NCBI GenBank assembly: GCA_030429625.1
Contig: JAUIFA010000001.1
Span: forward strand, 33,306 to 97,305
Direction: 5' to 3'
DNA from: Alphaproteobacteria bacterium
GTDB taxonomy: Bacteria; Pseudomonadota; Alphaproteobacteria; Rickettsiales; UBA8987
DNA: 64,000 bases
Shown here: piece by piece, positions 9,757 through 19,239 of the stretch
Numbering within the stretch: the stretch's first letter is position 1
Layout of the letters: each line of letters opens with the position of its first letter
Notes under the pieces: generated by a model
What the model was told of the DNA's origin: nothing
Database searches by the model: none
Seen by the model: the letters and a program-made list of their open reading frames with translations, nothing else
Made by a program: the position numbers and the translations under genes

Positions 9757-11112
9757 CTATTTCATTGTACTTGCAGATTTTGACCACACAAGATACAGTC
9801 CTTTGACCATGTCGATGGCACGGGCAAGCTGATAATCTGTTTCATAAAGAGATTTTTCTTCTTCCTCATCGCCATTGAGAATTTTCTTCACTGTGTCTTC
9901 ATTATTCTCCTTAGGTGCGGTGTTGTCTTCAGAGTCATCGTCCTCTTGTCCGGAACCTAAATGACCGTGCAAAGAGGCTTCAGTGGTTTTATAATCCGTA
10001 TCAAGCAATTTCACTTCCGCACGGCTGACAGTGATATCCGGAGTAATGCCTTTGGCCTGAATGGATTTGCCTGAAGGGGTGTAATAACGTGATGTGGTTA
10101 AACGTATGGCACTGTCATTAGGCAAAGGAATAACGGTTTGCACTGAACCCTTACCGAAAGATTGTGTGCCCATCACAAGAGCGCGTTTGTGGTCTTGCAA
10201 AGCCCCGGCAACAATTTCTGAGGCAGAGGCAGATCCACCATTGATAAGTACCACAACGGGTAGCCCGTCGATTTCATCGCCTTCAGTGGCGCTAAAACGT
10301 GTGGTGCTTTTAGGGTCACGGCCACGGGTAGAAACAATTTCGCCCTGATCCAGGAAAATATCGGCCACCGCAATGGCCTGATTTAACAATCCGCCGGGAT
10401 TGTTGCGCAGGTCTAGAACCACCCCTTTTAGCGCATCTGCGCCTTCTTCTTTTATTTTATCCAGTGCGTCTTCCAACCCGGCATCGGTCTGTTCAGAAAA
10501 ACCACTGATCCGCACATAGCCAACGTCGCCTTCCACGCGGCTGGTCACGGCTTTTATGGTAATCACATCACGGGTGACCTTAACGTCCATGGGTGCGGTT
10601 TCACCTTTACGCAAAATGGTCAACGTAATGTCGGTTTGTGGCTTTCCACGCATCTTTTTCACTGCATCGCCTAAAATCATGCCCTGCACGGGTTCACCAT
10701 CAATATGGCTGATATAATCACCGGCAAGAATCCCAGCTTTGTCTGCAGGAGTGTCATCAATGGGAGAAACTACATACACCATTCCTTGACGCATGGTGAC
10801 TTCAATACCAAGGCCACCAAACTCCCCTTTGGTTTGGATTTGCATTTCTTTAAAATCTTTCCGGTTCAGGTAACTTGAATGTGGATCAAGATCGGTAAGC
10901 ATCCCGTTAATGGCAGATTCAACCAATTCAACCGCTTTGGGCTCTTCTACATATTCTTCCCGCACTTTCTGAAAAATATCACCAAACAATTCGAGCATCT
11001 GATAAATATCTTTATCATTATCCGTGCTTTTTATGTCTTCTTCTGCCCAAAGTGTTGGCGTGTGTAACATTAAAACGCTAATCAAAAGTGCCAGAATATA
11101 TTTTTTCATCAA
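9757..11112 (-). CDS. ctpA: Carboxy-terminal processing protease (S41)
   Basis: 451 aa with a signal peptide, a PDZ segment (GGLGIEV...GDYISHIDGEPV) and an S41 core (NGGSASASEIVAGALQD, FGKGSVQ). Confidence 0.9.
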   Translation of the reverse strand: MMKKYILALLISVLMLHTPTLWAEEDIKSTDNDKDIYQMLELFGDIFQKVREEYVEEPKAVELVESAINGMLTDLDPHSSYLNRKDFKEMQIQTKGEFGGLGIEVTMRQGMVYVVSPIDDTPADKAGILAGDYISHIDGEPVQGMILGDAVKKMRGKPQTDITLTILRKGETAPMDVKVTRDVITIKAVTSRVEGDVGYVRISGFSEQTDAGLEDALDKIKEEGADALKGVVLDLRNNPGGLLNQAIAVADIFLDQGEIVSTRGRDPKSTTRFSATEGDEIDGLPVVVLINGGSASASEIVAGALQDHKRALVMGTQSFGKGSVQTVIPLPNDSAIRLTTSRYYTPSGKSIQAKGITPDITVSRAEVKLLDTDYKTTEASLHGHLGSGQEDDDSEDNTAPKENNEDTVKKILNGDEEEEKSLYETDYQLARAIDMVKGLYLVWSKSASTMK

Positions 11113-11122
11113 TGTACCTATA

Positions 11123-12652
11123 TCAGTTTATTAGAGATATGCCCGTCATTTCTTTTGGTTTTTCCACCCCCATCAACTCCAGAGCTGTAGGTGCGATGTC
11201 GCATAACCTTCCGTCTGACAGTGTAATATTTTTTTTCGCTCCCACAACAATAAAAGGAACTTTAAACAGAGTATGTGCTGTATGGGCAGAGCCGGTATCA
11301 GGATCAACCATCATCTCTGCGTTGCCATGGTCGGCTGTAATTAACAAAACCCCACCAACAGATTCAACGGCGCGCTTAAGTGCGGCAATGGACTTGTCAA
11401 TCTGTTCGGCGGCTTTCATTGCTGCGGGTACAATACCCGTATGCCCAACCATGTCCATGTTGGCAAAATTCACCACAATCAAGGAATATTTCTGTGACGC
11501 AATGGCCCCCACCAGTTTTTCTGTTACTTCAGGAGCGGACATTTCCGGCTTAAGATCATAGGTTGCCACATCAGGAGAGGGGATAAGAATCCGGTCTTCT
11601 CCTTCAAACACCTCTTCTGCCCCGCCATTGAGGAAGAATGTCACATGGGCGTATTTTTCTGTTTCAGCGATACGTAATTGTTTTAGACCCAGTTCGGAAA
11701 CCACTTGACCAATAGTGTTGGTTGGGCGCTCTGCTGGGAATAATATGTCATGCAGAGGGTTTAAAAAATCCGCATATTCCGTCATGGTTAATTTGGCACC
11801 AAACCGCACCTCTTTACCCCTTTGAAAGCCGGAAAAATCCGGATCAATCAAACATTGGGTGATTTCACGTGCTCTATCTGCCCTAAAATTAGCCATCAAA
11901 AACCCATCGCCATCCTGTATGCCCTCATAATTGCCGATCACACATGGCAGCACAAATTCATCATGCACGTTGTTTTTGTAAGAATCTTCCACCGCATCTG
12001 TGGCCGAACCAAAGCGTTGTCCCTCAGCACTGACAAGGGTGTTATAAGCTTTTTCCACCCTGTCCCAGCGATTGTCACGATCCATCGCATAATATCGGCC
12101 GCTGACCGTGGCGATGTGGGCGTTGACAGCTTTAAGCGCAGATTCGCATGTTTCAATGTAGTCCAGTGCGCTTTGTGGCGGAGTATCTCGCCCATCGAGA
12201 AACGCATGAATAGTAACTTTTATACCATGTTCTGCTATTATTTTTGCTAAGGTAATTATATGATCCATGTGTGAATGTACCCCACCATCAGACAACAACC
12301 CCATCAAGTGGCATGTACCATTATTTTCCTTAAGAGTGTTTATGTAATTTTGCAAGGTTGGGATATTTTTAATTGCGCCACTGGCAATGGATTCATCAAT
12401 TTTGGGCAGGCTTTGCATTACCACCCGTCCGCTGCCAATGTTCATATGTCCCACTTCTGAGTTGCCCATTTGCCCTTCAGGCAAACCCACATTCAGCCCA
12501 TCGGTGCGAATTGAGCTATTGGGATAGTCTGTATATAATGCGTCTATCGTGGGGGTATTGGCCTTAGCAATGGCATTATTTTCGGTCTCCTCGCGGCAAC
12601 CAAACCCGTCCAAAATGCACAAAACTATGGGTGTGATATTCTTTTTGTTCAT
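11123..12652 (-). CDS. gpmI: 2,3-bisphosphoglycerate-independent phosphoglycerate mutase
   Basis: 509 aa with ILDGFG, GNSEVGHMNIGSGR, DGGVHSH and TADHGNAE. Confidence 0.95.
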   Translation of the reverse strand: MNKKNITPIVLCILDGFGCREETENNAIAKANTPTIDALYTDYPNSSIRTDGLNVGLPEGQMGNSEVGHMNIGSGRVVMQSLPKIDESIASGAIKNIPTLQNYINTLKENNGTCHLMGLLSDGGVHSHMDHIITLAKIIAEHGIKVTIHAFLDGRDTPPQSALDYIETCESALKAVNAHIATVSGRYYAMDRDNRWDRVEKAYNTLVSAEGQRFGSATDAVEDSYKNNVHDEFVLPCVIGNYEGIQDGDGFLMANFRADRAREITQCLIDPDFSGFQRGKEVRFGAKLTMTEYADFLNPLHDILFPAERPTNTIGQVVSELGLKQLRIAETEKYAHVTFFLNGGAEEVFEGEDRILIPSPDVATYDLKPEMSAPEVTEKLVGAIASQKYSLIVVNFANMDMVGHTGIVPAAMKAAEQIDKSIAALKRAVESVGGVLLITADHGNAEMMVDPDTGSAHTAHTLFKVPFIVVGAKKNITLSDGRLCDIAPTALELMGVEKPKEMTGISLIN

Positions 12653-12734
12653 AATGCTTCCCGACTGATAAAATATGTCTAAGACATATATGGGGCTTTA
12701 GCGGCCAAAGATCAACCAGTTTGTAGGAAATAAA

Positions 12735-12811
12735 TGGTCGGAGCGGCGGGATTTGAACCCACGACCCCTTGTCCCCCAGACAAGTGCGCTACCAGGCTGC
12801 GCTACACCCCG
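12735..12811 (-). tRNA. tRNA-Pro (anticodon GGG)
   Basis: 77-nt cloverleaf read by hand on the minus strand: acceptor CGGGGTG/CGCTCCG, D-arm GCGC-AGCCTGGTA-GCGC, anticodon arm CTTGT-CTGGGGG-ACAAG, T-arm GTGGG-TTCAAAT-CCCGC, discriminator A, encoded CCA. Confidence 0.9.
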
Positions 12812-12860
12812 ACATTATGGAAAATGCGTTATAACCGATGTTGTGGTGTGAGTAAATAAT

Positions 12861-13652
12861 TTATGCAATTTCACACCAAACCGGCGCATGGTCGGACGGT
12901 TTTTCTTTCTGGCGCGGGTGCAGATCCACGTCACATGCCTGTAAATTATCGGCAGCTTGTGGTGAAAGTAGCAGATGGTCGATACGCAAACCCTTGTTGT
13001 TTTGTAGGCCGCCACCACGATAATCCCACCAGCTAAATTGCTGCACGTCCGGATGCAAAGCACGATAGGCATCGGCTAGCCCCAAATGCAATAACGAGCG
13101 GAATTTTTGCTGTTCTTCTGGGTGGAAGCACAACGTTCCCCGTAACGCTTTAGGGTTATAGACATCAATGTCTTCCGGAGCGACGTTGTAATCTGCCCCG
13201 ATGATGAGTTTTTCTTCGTAACGCAACAGGCCAGTGATATGTTCACGCAGTCGGTCAAAATAACGCAATTTGTAGGCAAAGCGATCCGAATCAATTTCTG
13301 TCCCGTTGGGCACATAGACGCTGGCAACCCGAAAGGCTTGGCCGTCCCCACAAATGACGGCCTCAATATAACGTGCTTGTTTGTCTTCTTTATCCGCTTC
13401 TTCTAAAACAGGCAGTGTGGTCACCACGTCTTCAATAGGGTGTTTGGAAAGAATCGCCACCCCATTATAGGTTTTTTGCCCATGGGCGGCCACGTTGTAC
13501 CCCGCATCTTCACATTCCATGGTGGGGAAGGCTTCGGTGAGGCATTTGAGTTCCTGCAACAGCAACACATCAGGCTGTTCGTCCTTGAGATAGTCCAACA
13601 CATGTTGCAGACGGGCTTTGACAGAATTGACGTTCCATGTTGCGATTTTCAT
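12861..13652 (-). CDS. xthA: Exodeoxyribonuclease III (AP endonuclease)
   Basis: 263 aa with MKIATWNVNS, LQELK, DYNVAP and PSDHAPV. Confidence 0.93.
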   Translation of the reverse strand: MKIATWNVNSVKARLQHVLDYLKDEQPDVLLLQELKCLTEAFPTMECEDAGYNVAAHGQKTYNGVAILSKHPIEDVVTTLPVLEEADKEDKQARYIEAVICGDGQAFRVASVYVPNGTEIDSDRFAYKLRYFDRLREHITGLLRYEEKLIIGADYNVAPEDIDVYNPKALRGTLCFHPEEQQKFRSLLHLGLADAYRALHPDVQQFSWWDYRGGGLQNNKGLRIDHLLLSPQAADNLQACDVDLHPRQKEKPSDHAPVWCEIA

Positions 13653-13755
13653 AAAAATACCTTCTTAATTACGCTCTACCGCCGCTAGGGCGTGCTCGCT
13701 CAATGCTCGCTTGAGCCCTGCGGTCTCACAATAAAATGACATAAAGTTCATTGTT

Positions 13756-14100
13756 CTACACCGAGAAACTATTGCCACAGCCGCATGATGCGGTGGCGTT
13801 AGGGTTTTTCACTGCAAAGAACGCACCACCCAATTCATCGATAAAATCAAGCTCCGCACCGTTGACCAGCTCTAGCGACATTTCATCAATCACCACTTTT
13901 GCATCACCGGCTTCAATGACCACATCGTCGTCGTTCTGTGTGGCGTCAAAGCTAAAGCGATATTGAAAACCGGAACAGCCTCCACCGTCGACTGCTACGC
14001 GGAATTTAGCATTTGGGCTTTCTTCCTTGCCCAGCAAAAAAGCCAGACGCTTTTGGGCGCTGGGAGAAATCGAAAGACTCTGTTGTGTTTGGGCGCTCAC
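13756..14100 (-). CDS. erpA: Iron-sulfur cluster insertion protein (HesB/IscA family)
   Basis: 114 aa with GCSGFQY and a C-terminal CGCGNSF cysteine ligand motif. Confidence 0.9.
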   Translation of the reverse strand: MSAQTQQSLSISPSAQKRLAFLLGKEESPNAKFRVAVDGGGCSGFQYRFSFDATQNDDDVVIEAGDAKVVIDEMSLELVNGAELDFIDELGGAFFAVKNPNATASCGCGNSFSV

Positions 14101-14142
14101 TCTTGTTGCTCCTTTGTGTTTTATGCTCTATTATACCCGCAA

Positions 14143-15360
14143 ATGAATTTAGAAAACAGTATAATCATGCCTGATCCCATATATAGTGTAGCTTCAAACA
14201 GTTTTCTAGCACCTTATGCTTCCATTCCGGAAAAAAGTCGGGGGCGGCTGGTGGTTGAGAAAGAAAGCCCGGGGCGTTCGGTCTATCAACGTGACCGTGA
14301 CCGTATCATTCATTCTACCGCCTTTCGTCGCTTGGAATATAAAACACAGGTCTTTGTCTATCATGAGGGTGACCATTTTCGTACCCGTCTAACCCACAGT
14401 CTGGAAGTGGCGCAATTGGCCAAATCCATTGCCAGAGAGTTGCATCTGGATGAGGATTTGAGTGAAGCAGTGGCCATCTCACATGATTTGGGGCATACGC
14501 CCTTTGGGCATGCTGGAGAAGATGCACTTGATGAAGCGATGAAAGACTTTGGTGGCTTTGATCATAACGGACAGACCTTGCGGGTGGTAACGAAATTAGA
14601 GCGCAAATACGCTGATTTTGATGGTCTAAATCTGACATGGGAATGTTTGGAGGGCATTGTTAAACATAACGGCCCTGTCACGGGGGATATTTCACGTGCT
14701 ATGTCGGAATATGTGGACGTACATGATTTAGAGCTTTCTACCTATGCCAGCCTAGAGGCGCAAGTTGCTGGAATGTGTGACGACATCGCCTACAATAATC
14801 ATGACATTGAAGACGGTTTGCGTGCCGGATTGTTTGGTCTGGAAAGCATAAGAGAAGTTGCCTTTGTGGGGGATGTATTGCGTGAGGTCGAAACGTTATA
14901 CCCCAATCTAGAAGAAAGCCGTCTTATCCATGAAACAAAAAGACGCATGATCAATCTGATGGTTAGAGACTTGGTGGCGCAGACAAAAAAGAACATCACA
15001 AAATATAAAATAAACACCATCGAAGATGTGCGTATAGCGGGCAGGCCGATGGTATGCTTTTCTCAAAAGATGGAAGACGACAGGCTGGCGGTGAAAGAAT
15101 TTTTGTTTGAAAACATGTACCGCCACTATAAAATTAATCTGATGAGCAGTAAGGCCAATCGTATTGTAAAGGAATTGTTTGAGTTCTTTTTTGCCGAGCC
15201 ACATTGTTTGCCACCTTATTGGTGTGAACAGGTGAAAAAGGTGGACAAATTTGTCGCTGCGGAAGTCATTGCCGATTACATTGCCGGCATGACCGATAAA
15301 TATGCCTTTGAAGAACATCGACGTATTTTTGATACTTCACATAAACTAATAACCGCATGA
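14143..15360 (+). CDS. dGTPase-like deoxyguanosinetriphosphate triphosphohydrolase (HD domain)
   Basis: RDRDRIIHSTAFRRLEYKTQVF, HSLEV and SHDLGHTPFGH. The ORF-track start at 13963 would overlap erpA on the other strand by 138 nt. Plausible starts are ATG 14143 or ATG 14167. Confidence 0.88.
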   Translation: MNLENSIIMPDPIYSVASNSFLAPYASIPEKSRGRLVVEKESPGRSVYQRDRDRIIHSTAFRRLEYKTQVFVYHEGDHFRTRLTHSLEVAQLAKSIARELHLDEDLSEAVAISHDLGHTPFGHAGEDALDEAMKDFGGFDHNGQTLRVVTKLERKYADFDGLNLTWECLEGIVKHNGPVTGDISRAMSEYVDVHDLELSTYASLEAQVAGMCDDIAYNNHDIEDGLRAGLFGLESIREVAFVGDVLREVETLYPNLEESRLIHETKRRMINLMVRDLVAQTKKNITKYKINTIEDVRIAGRPMVCFSQKMEDDRLAVKEFLFENMYRHYKINLMSSKANRIVKELFEFFFAEPHCLPPYWCEQVKKVDKFVAAEVIADYIAGMTDKYAFEEHRRIFDTSHKLITA

Positions 15361-16235
15361 CTGAGATTCGATTTTTAGACTCCATTGGCCAGATTGCCGA
15401 TGATTTTGATGCCTTTATCATCGATTTATGGGGGGTATTGCACGATGGTTCTCATCCCTATCCTGGGGCGGTGGAATGTTTGGCGGCGCTGAAAAATCAA
15501 GGCAAAAAAATTATACTGCTTTCCAACGCACCGCGGCGTGCGGTGAAGGCGAAGGAAGTGCTAGACGACATTGGATTTTCGCCGGAAAACTATGACCATG
15601 TGCTGACATCAGGAGAGATTACGTTCCATGCATTGGAGAACGATCCAAAGTTAGGTGGTCGGTTTTATTATGTGGGGCCAGAAAAAGACGAAGATATTTT
15701 AGACGGCAGTCGTTTCATTCGTACCATGGAGCCGGTGGATGCAGATTTTGCTATTGTCACCGGCTTTGACCATTTAGGCGACCCAGATTATGGCGACCAT
15801 ATGGCGATGAAAATGCCTGAAATTGAGGCCATGTTGCGGGCAGAATTGCCGCTTTATTGTGCCAACCCAGATTTGCATGTGGTTAAACAAAATGGCAAAA
15901 GAATGTTATGTGCTGGAGTGTTGGCACAATATTATCAGCATCAAGGTGGGGAAGTGCATTATTTTGGTAAACCCTATAAATCTGCCTATGAGCAAAGCTT
16001 TGGACTGTTGGGGGTTGCCGATCCCACACGTTATTGTGCCATTGGTGATTCGCTGCATACGGATATTGCCGGCGCAAATGAAAACGGCATTTTTTCTGTT
16101 TTTGTTGCCGGGGGAATTTTTGCCAGTGAGTTTGGCATAAAACACGGACAAGTGCCCAGCAAGGAACAGCTTGTTGAAGTGTGTGACAGAGAATCGGCCA
16201 CCCCATCTGCGGTTATTCCAGCGTTTATCTTTTAG
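15357..16235 (+). CDS. HAD-superfamily hydrolase (subfamily IIA-like)
   Basis: 292 aa with FIIDLWGVLHDG (DxD-type nucleophile motif), LLSNAPR and GDSLHTDIAGA. Its ATG overlaps the preceding stop codon (ATGA). Confidence 0.8.
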   Translation: MTEIRFLDSIGQIADDFDAFIIDLWGVLHDGSHPYPGAVECLAALKNQGKKIILLSNAPRRAVKAKEVLDDIGFSPENYDHVLTSGEITFHALENDPKLGGRFYYVGPEKDEDILDGSRFIRTMEPVDADFAIVTGFDHLGDPDYGDHMAMKMPEIEAMLRAELPLYCANPDLHVVKQNGKRMLCAGVLAQYYQHQGGEVHYFGKPYKSAYEQSFGLLGVADPTRYCAIGDSLHTDIAGANENGIFSVFVAGGIFASEFGIKHGQVPSKEQLVEVCDRESATPSAVIPAFIF

Positions 16236-16239
16236 AGAT

Positions 16240-16782
16240 TTATTGCCCTTCTTCAGCCTGACTCTTTGAAACCAGTGTTTGTAACTCTTCCATAAGCTGC
16301 TTTCCAATGACACCACCATCGCCTTCGATGTTGCTGTTAAAGACAACTTTAAGTGCATTAATATGCACCTCAATGGTTTGTTTTCCCAACTTGTTGATAC
16401 AAGCGTAGCGATCGCAATAATCAAACAAAGAGCGTGCGATGGTTGAGGCAAGGTCATAGCCATAGATTCCTGAGCTGCTTTTTACTGCCAGAACTTGGTT
16501 CTTAAAGGCTTCAAAAATCTTTGAATCGTTTTTTGTTTGTCCTTCGGTGAGTGTTTCATCCCTAAATTCAAAAAAGCTATCGTTCAGCTTTATCAATTCT
16601 TTTTTCATTTCTTCGGGGAAATCTTTTCCGGTTTCTTCAATAACTTTGTGGGCAGATTCCACATTTTCTTCCGTAATGATTTTACTCACATCACCACCAA
16701 CTTTGTCCTTGAGCCTCGTGTCCGGTTCAACAATCTTGGTGCCGTCTTTTTTTGTTCTGAATTTCAATTCTTTATCTGCCAT
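16240..16782 (-). CDS. Hypothetical protein with an HPt-like motif lacking the conserved His
   Basis: 180 aa. It starts 3 nt after the stop of the upstream receiver gene. Residues 96-109 (QVLAVKSSSGIYGY) align with the hybrid kinase HPt motif AHSLKSSSGQVGA, but Leu98 sits where the His should be. Confidence 0.5.
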   Translation of the reverse strand: MADKELKFRTKKDGTKIVEPDTRLKDKVGGDVSKIITEENVESAHKVIEETGKDFPEEMKKELIKLNDSFFEFRDETLTEGQTKNDSKIFEAFKNQVLAVKSSSGIYGYDLASTIARSLFDYCDRYACINKLGKQTIEVHINALKVVFNSNIEGDGGVIGKQLMEELQTLVSKSQAEEGQ

Positions 16783-16785
16783 GGG

Positions 16786-17364
16786 TTAATCCTCTCTTCT
16801 TCGTTCCGTAGAAGGGCTTCTGACGGATTTATGCCTTCTGCGATTTGGCCCACTATAGGTGCTGGAAAATATAAATTCACGTGGATTCTCAAATACTGAG
16901 ATAATCCTTGCCCTAAAAGTTTCAACACTAAAGGGTTTGGCCACAAACTCTGTGATTCCTACATCACGAGCCTTTTCCACATGGCGTTTTTCTGCCATGC
17001 CACTGAGCATAATAATGGGCACAAAAAAGTCTGGAGAGTTCGGGTCGTTTCTTATGTAATGTACCAGATCATAACCGGAAACCGGCTCGGTTTTCCAGTC
17101 AGTGATGATCAGATCATATTTATTGGCATGGAGTTTCTCGATGGCTTCCTGACCATTATTGGCCACATGTATTGTGTGAAACCCAAAACTGGTCAATACG
17201 TTCTTTACCAGATTTCTCATGCGATTATCGCCTTCAACCAACAAGATTGAGATTTCTCTTAGTGGCTGATTGCCCAATTTACCACTGATAGGTGCGCTCA
17301 TATTCTCAATGTAACTTCTAATTGGTTCATAACTGTCTATACGATTATATAGCGTGTATGTCAT
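16786..17364 (-). CDS. Single-domain response regulator with an N-terminal extension and an arginine-rich C-terminal tail
   Basis: 192 aa. The REC motifs are intact (LLVEGDN, DLIITDWKTEPVSG, IIMLSG, VAKPF). C-terminal tail: YSGPNRRRHKSVRSPSTERRRED. Confidence 0.85.
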   Translation of the reverse strand: MTYTLYNRIDSYEPIRSYIENMSAPISGKLGNQPLREISILLVEGDNRMRNLVKNVLTSFGFHTIHVANNGQEAIEKLHANKYDLIITDWKTEPVSGYDLVHYIRNDPNSPDFFVPIIMLSGMAEKRHVEKARDVGITEFVAKPFSVETFRARIISVFENPREFIFSSTYSGPNRRRHKSVRSPSTERRRED

Positions 17365-17475
17365 TTAATTTCAACTTAAATTGGTTTGTAGTTCTGGATA
17401 AAAGAAAATTTGCTGTTTGCATAATGGCTTCAATAGGATATACCATATCCCATAGAATGTTGTTGAGGGAAATCT

Positions 17476-18870
17476 ATGTCTAAAAATAACAAGCCAAATC
17501 CATTATGGGGGGGGCATTTTAGCTCTGGCCCGGCTGAGATTATGGAGAAAATCAATGCCTCGATTGATTTTGATAAAAAAATGTATGCTCAAGATATTAA
17601 GGGGTCGGTGGCGCATTGTCAGATGTTAGCCAAGGTAGGAATTCTTACAGAATCGGAAGCAGAACAGATTACCAATGGGCTGCAAGAAATTCAACAAGAG
17701 ATGGCGGCAGGAGATTTTGAATTTTCCACAGAGCTGGAGGATATTCACATGAATATTGAATCCCGCTTGAAGGAAAAGATCGGTGATGTGGCGGGGAAGT
17801 TACACACGGGGCGTTCACGTAACGATCAGGTGGCCACGGATTTTAAATTATGGGTGCGCGATGCAATAGATTATATTGATGACGACTTGCGTGAGCTGCA
17901 AGCGGTATTGCTGCAAAGAGCCGAAGAATATTATGATGTGGTGATGCCGGGTTTTACCCATCTGCAAACCGCACAGCCAGTGACGTTTGGCCACCATGTA
18001 ATGGCGTATGTGGAGATGGTGGGTCGGGATCGTGGGCGTTTGCAAGACGCACGCAAGCGCCTTAATCAATGTCCGCTTGGTGCAGCGGCACTGGCGGGGA
18101 CATCTTTCCCCATCGACCGCCACAAAACAGCAGAATCTCTAGGGTTTGATATGCCGACAGCCAATTCTTTGGACACGGTTTCGGATCGGGATTTTGCCAT
18201 AGAATTTGTTTCGTCTTTGAGTGTTTTGGCGGTACATCTTTCTCGCTTGGCCGAGGAGATTGTGTTGTGGGTCAGTGATGGGTTTAAATTTGTCACCCTT
18301 TCTAACGCCTTTACCACAGGCAGTTCAATCATGCCACAAAAACGTAACCCAGACGCTGCTGAGCTTGTTCGCTCCAAAACAGGTAGGATTAATGGCTCTC
18401 TAATCACGTTATTGACCGTTATGAAGGGGCTGCCTCTGGCATACAGTAAGGACATGCAGGAAGACAAAGAGCCGGTGTTTGATGCAGCTGAAAATATCCT
18501 ATTATGTATCCGTGCGACTGCCGGCATGGTAGGCGATATGACGGTGAACAAAGACGCAATGAAAGAACGTGCCATGGGCGGATTTTCTACCGCCACCGAC
18601 ATTGCCGATTGGTGTGTACAGAATTTAGGGATTCCATTTCGCCAATGCCATGCGATTACTGGAAAAATTGTTCGCTTGGCCGAAGAAAAAAACTGCCGTC
18701 TGGATGAGCTTTCCTTGGAAGATATGCAATCGGTCGAAGCCGGAATCACCAAAGATATTTATCGGGTGTTGTCGGTAGAGAATTCAGTGGCTAGCCGTAT
18801 TTCCTATGGTGGTACCGCACCGGAGAATGTTAAACAGCAAATTGTTGCGGCGAGAAAGGAGTATTTATAA
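17476..18870 (+). CDS. argH: Argininosuccinate lyase
   Basis: 464 aa with the fumarate-lyase signature [12 protein letters not shown] and TGRSRNDQV. Confidence 0.97.
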   Translation: MSKNNKPNPLWGGHFSSGPAEIMEKINASIDFDKKMYAQDIKGSVAHCQMLAKVGILTESEAEQITNGLQEIQQEMAAGDFEFSTELEDIHMNIESRLKEKIGDVAGKLHTGRSRNDQVATDFKLWVRDAIDYIDDDLRELQAVLLQRAEEYYDVVMPGFTHLQTAQPVTFGHHVMAYVEMVGRDRGRLQDARKRLNQCPLGAAALAGTSFPIDRHKTAESLGFDMPTANSLDTVSDRDFAIEFVSSLSVLAVHLSRLAEEIVLWVSDGFKFVTLSNAFTTGSSIMPQKRNPDAAELVRSKTGRINGSLITLLTVMKGLPLAYSKDMQEDKEPVFDAAENILLCIRATAGMVGDMTVNKDAMKERAMGGFSTATDIADWCVQNLGIPFRQCHAITGKIVRLAEEKNCRLDELSLEDMQSVEAGITKDIYRVLSVENSVASRISYGGTAPENVKQQIVAARKEYL

Positions 18871-19209
18871 ATGCGTTACGTTCTTTTAGTAGTATTAAGT
18901 TTAATGTCGTATGGTCGGGCAGAGGCCTGTGTGATGACGCCACAGGATCTGGATGAACAATTTGTGTCTGTTGATGTCAACCACGACAATAAAATTTCCA
19001 TAGAGGAGCTAAAAACCTATCTGTTGGAGCAACGGTTTGCTCCAAACCTACTTGGAAATATTCCCGAAGATCAGGGACTAACTGCTGAAATGAAAACACA
19101 ATTGGAAGAAAAAGCAGACCGATATTTTAAAAAGAACGATACGATTGATCCGGACAATTTCATAACGCGTGATGAGTTCGGGACACTTGGAAGTAAGCGG
19201 TGCATGTGA
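18871..19209 (+). CDS. Secreted EF-hand calcium-binding protein (paralog 1)
   Basis: 112 aa. Signal peptide ending AEA|C. Canonical 12-residue EF loop DVNHDNKISIEE (nt 18973-19008). Cys at mature residue 1 and near the C-terminus (KRCM). Confidence 0.7.
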   Translation: MRYVLLVVLSLMSYGRAEACVMTPQDLDEQFVSVDVNHDNKISIEELKTYLLEQRFAPNLLGNIPEDQGLTAEMKTQLEEKADRYFKKNDTIDPDNFITRDEFGTLGSKRCM

Positions 19210-19239
19210 TAAACATATTTTTATCTCGGGGTTTGTAAG

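Noticed and set aside
12653-12860. tRNA-Pro as a genomic-island integration site
   Set aside because: The tRNA is flanked directly by gpmI and xthA (core genes). There is no integrase, no direct repeat of the tRNA 3' end and no foreign-looking genes.
13687-13719. GC-rich structured element (AGGGC...GCCCT, with internal GCTCAA/TTGAGC pairing and a GCGAGCA direct repeat) between erpA and xthA
   Set aside because: The stems are short and alternative pairings compete. No U-tract follows and there is only a single copy in the window. It could be a weak terminator or a REP-like remnant, but this cannot be supported without a genome-wide repeat search.
13963-14142. N-terminal 60-codon extension of the dGTPase-like ORF
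   Set aside because: It would overlap erpA by 138 nt on the other strand and encodes non-conserved sequence. The conserved dGTPase sequence begins after ATG 14143/14167.
18066-18752. 228-aa ORF antisense to argH
   Set aside because: It is fully contained in argH on the opposite strand and is a low-complexity Ser/Ala-rich translation. I treat it as spurious. The same reasoning applies to 59249-59785 (antisense to purL), 15906-16463, 11088-11561 and the other short overlapping track ORFs.
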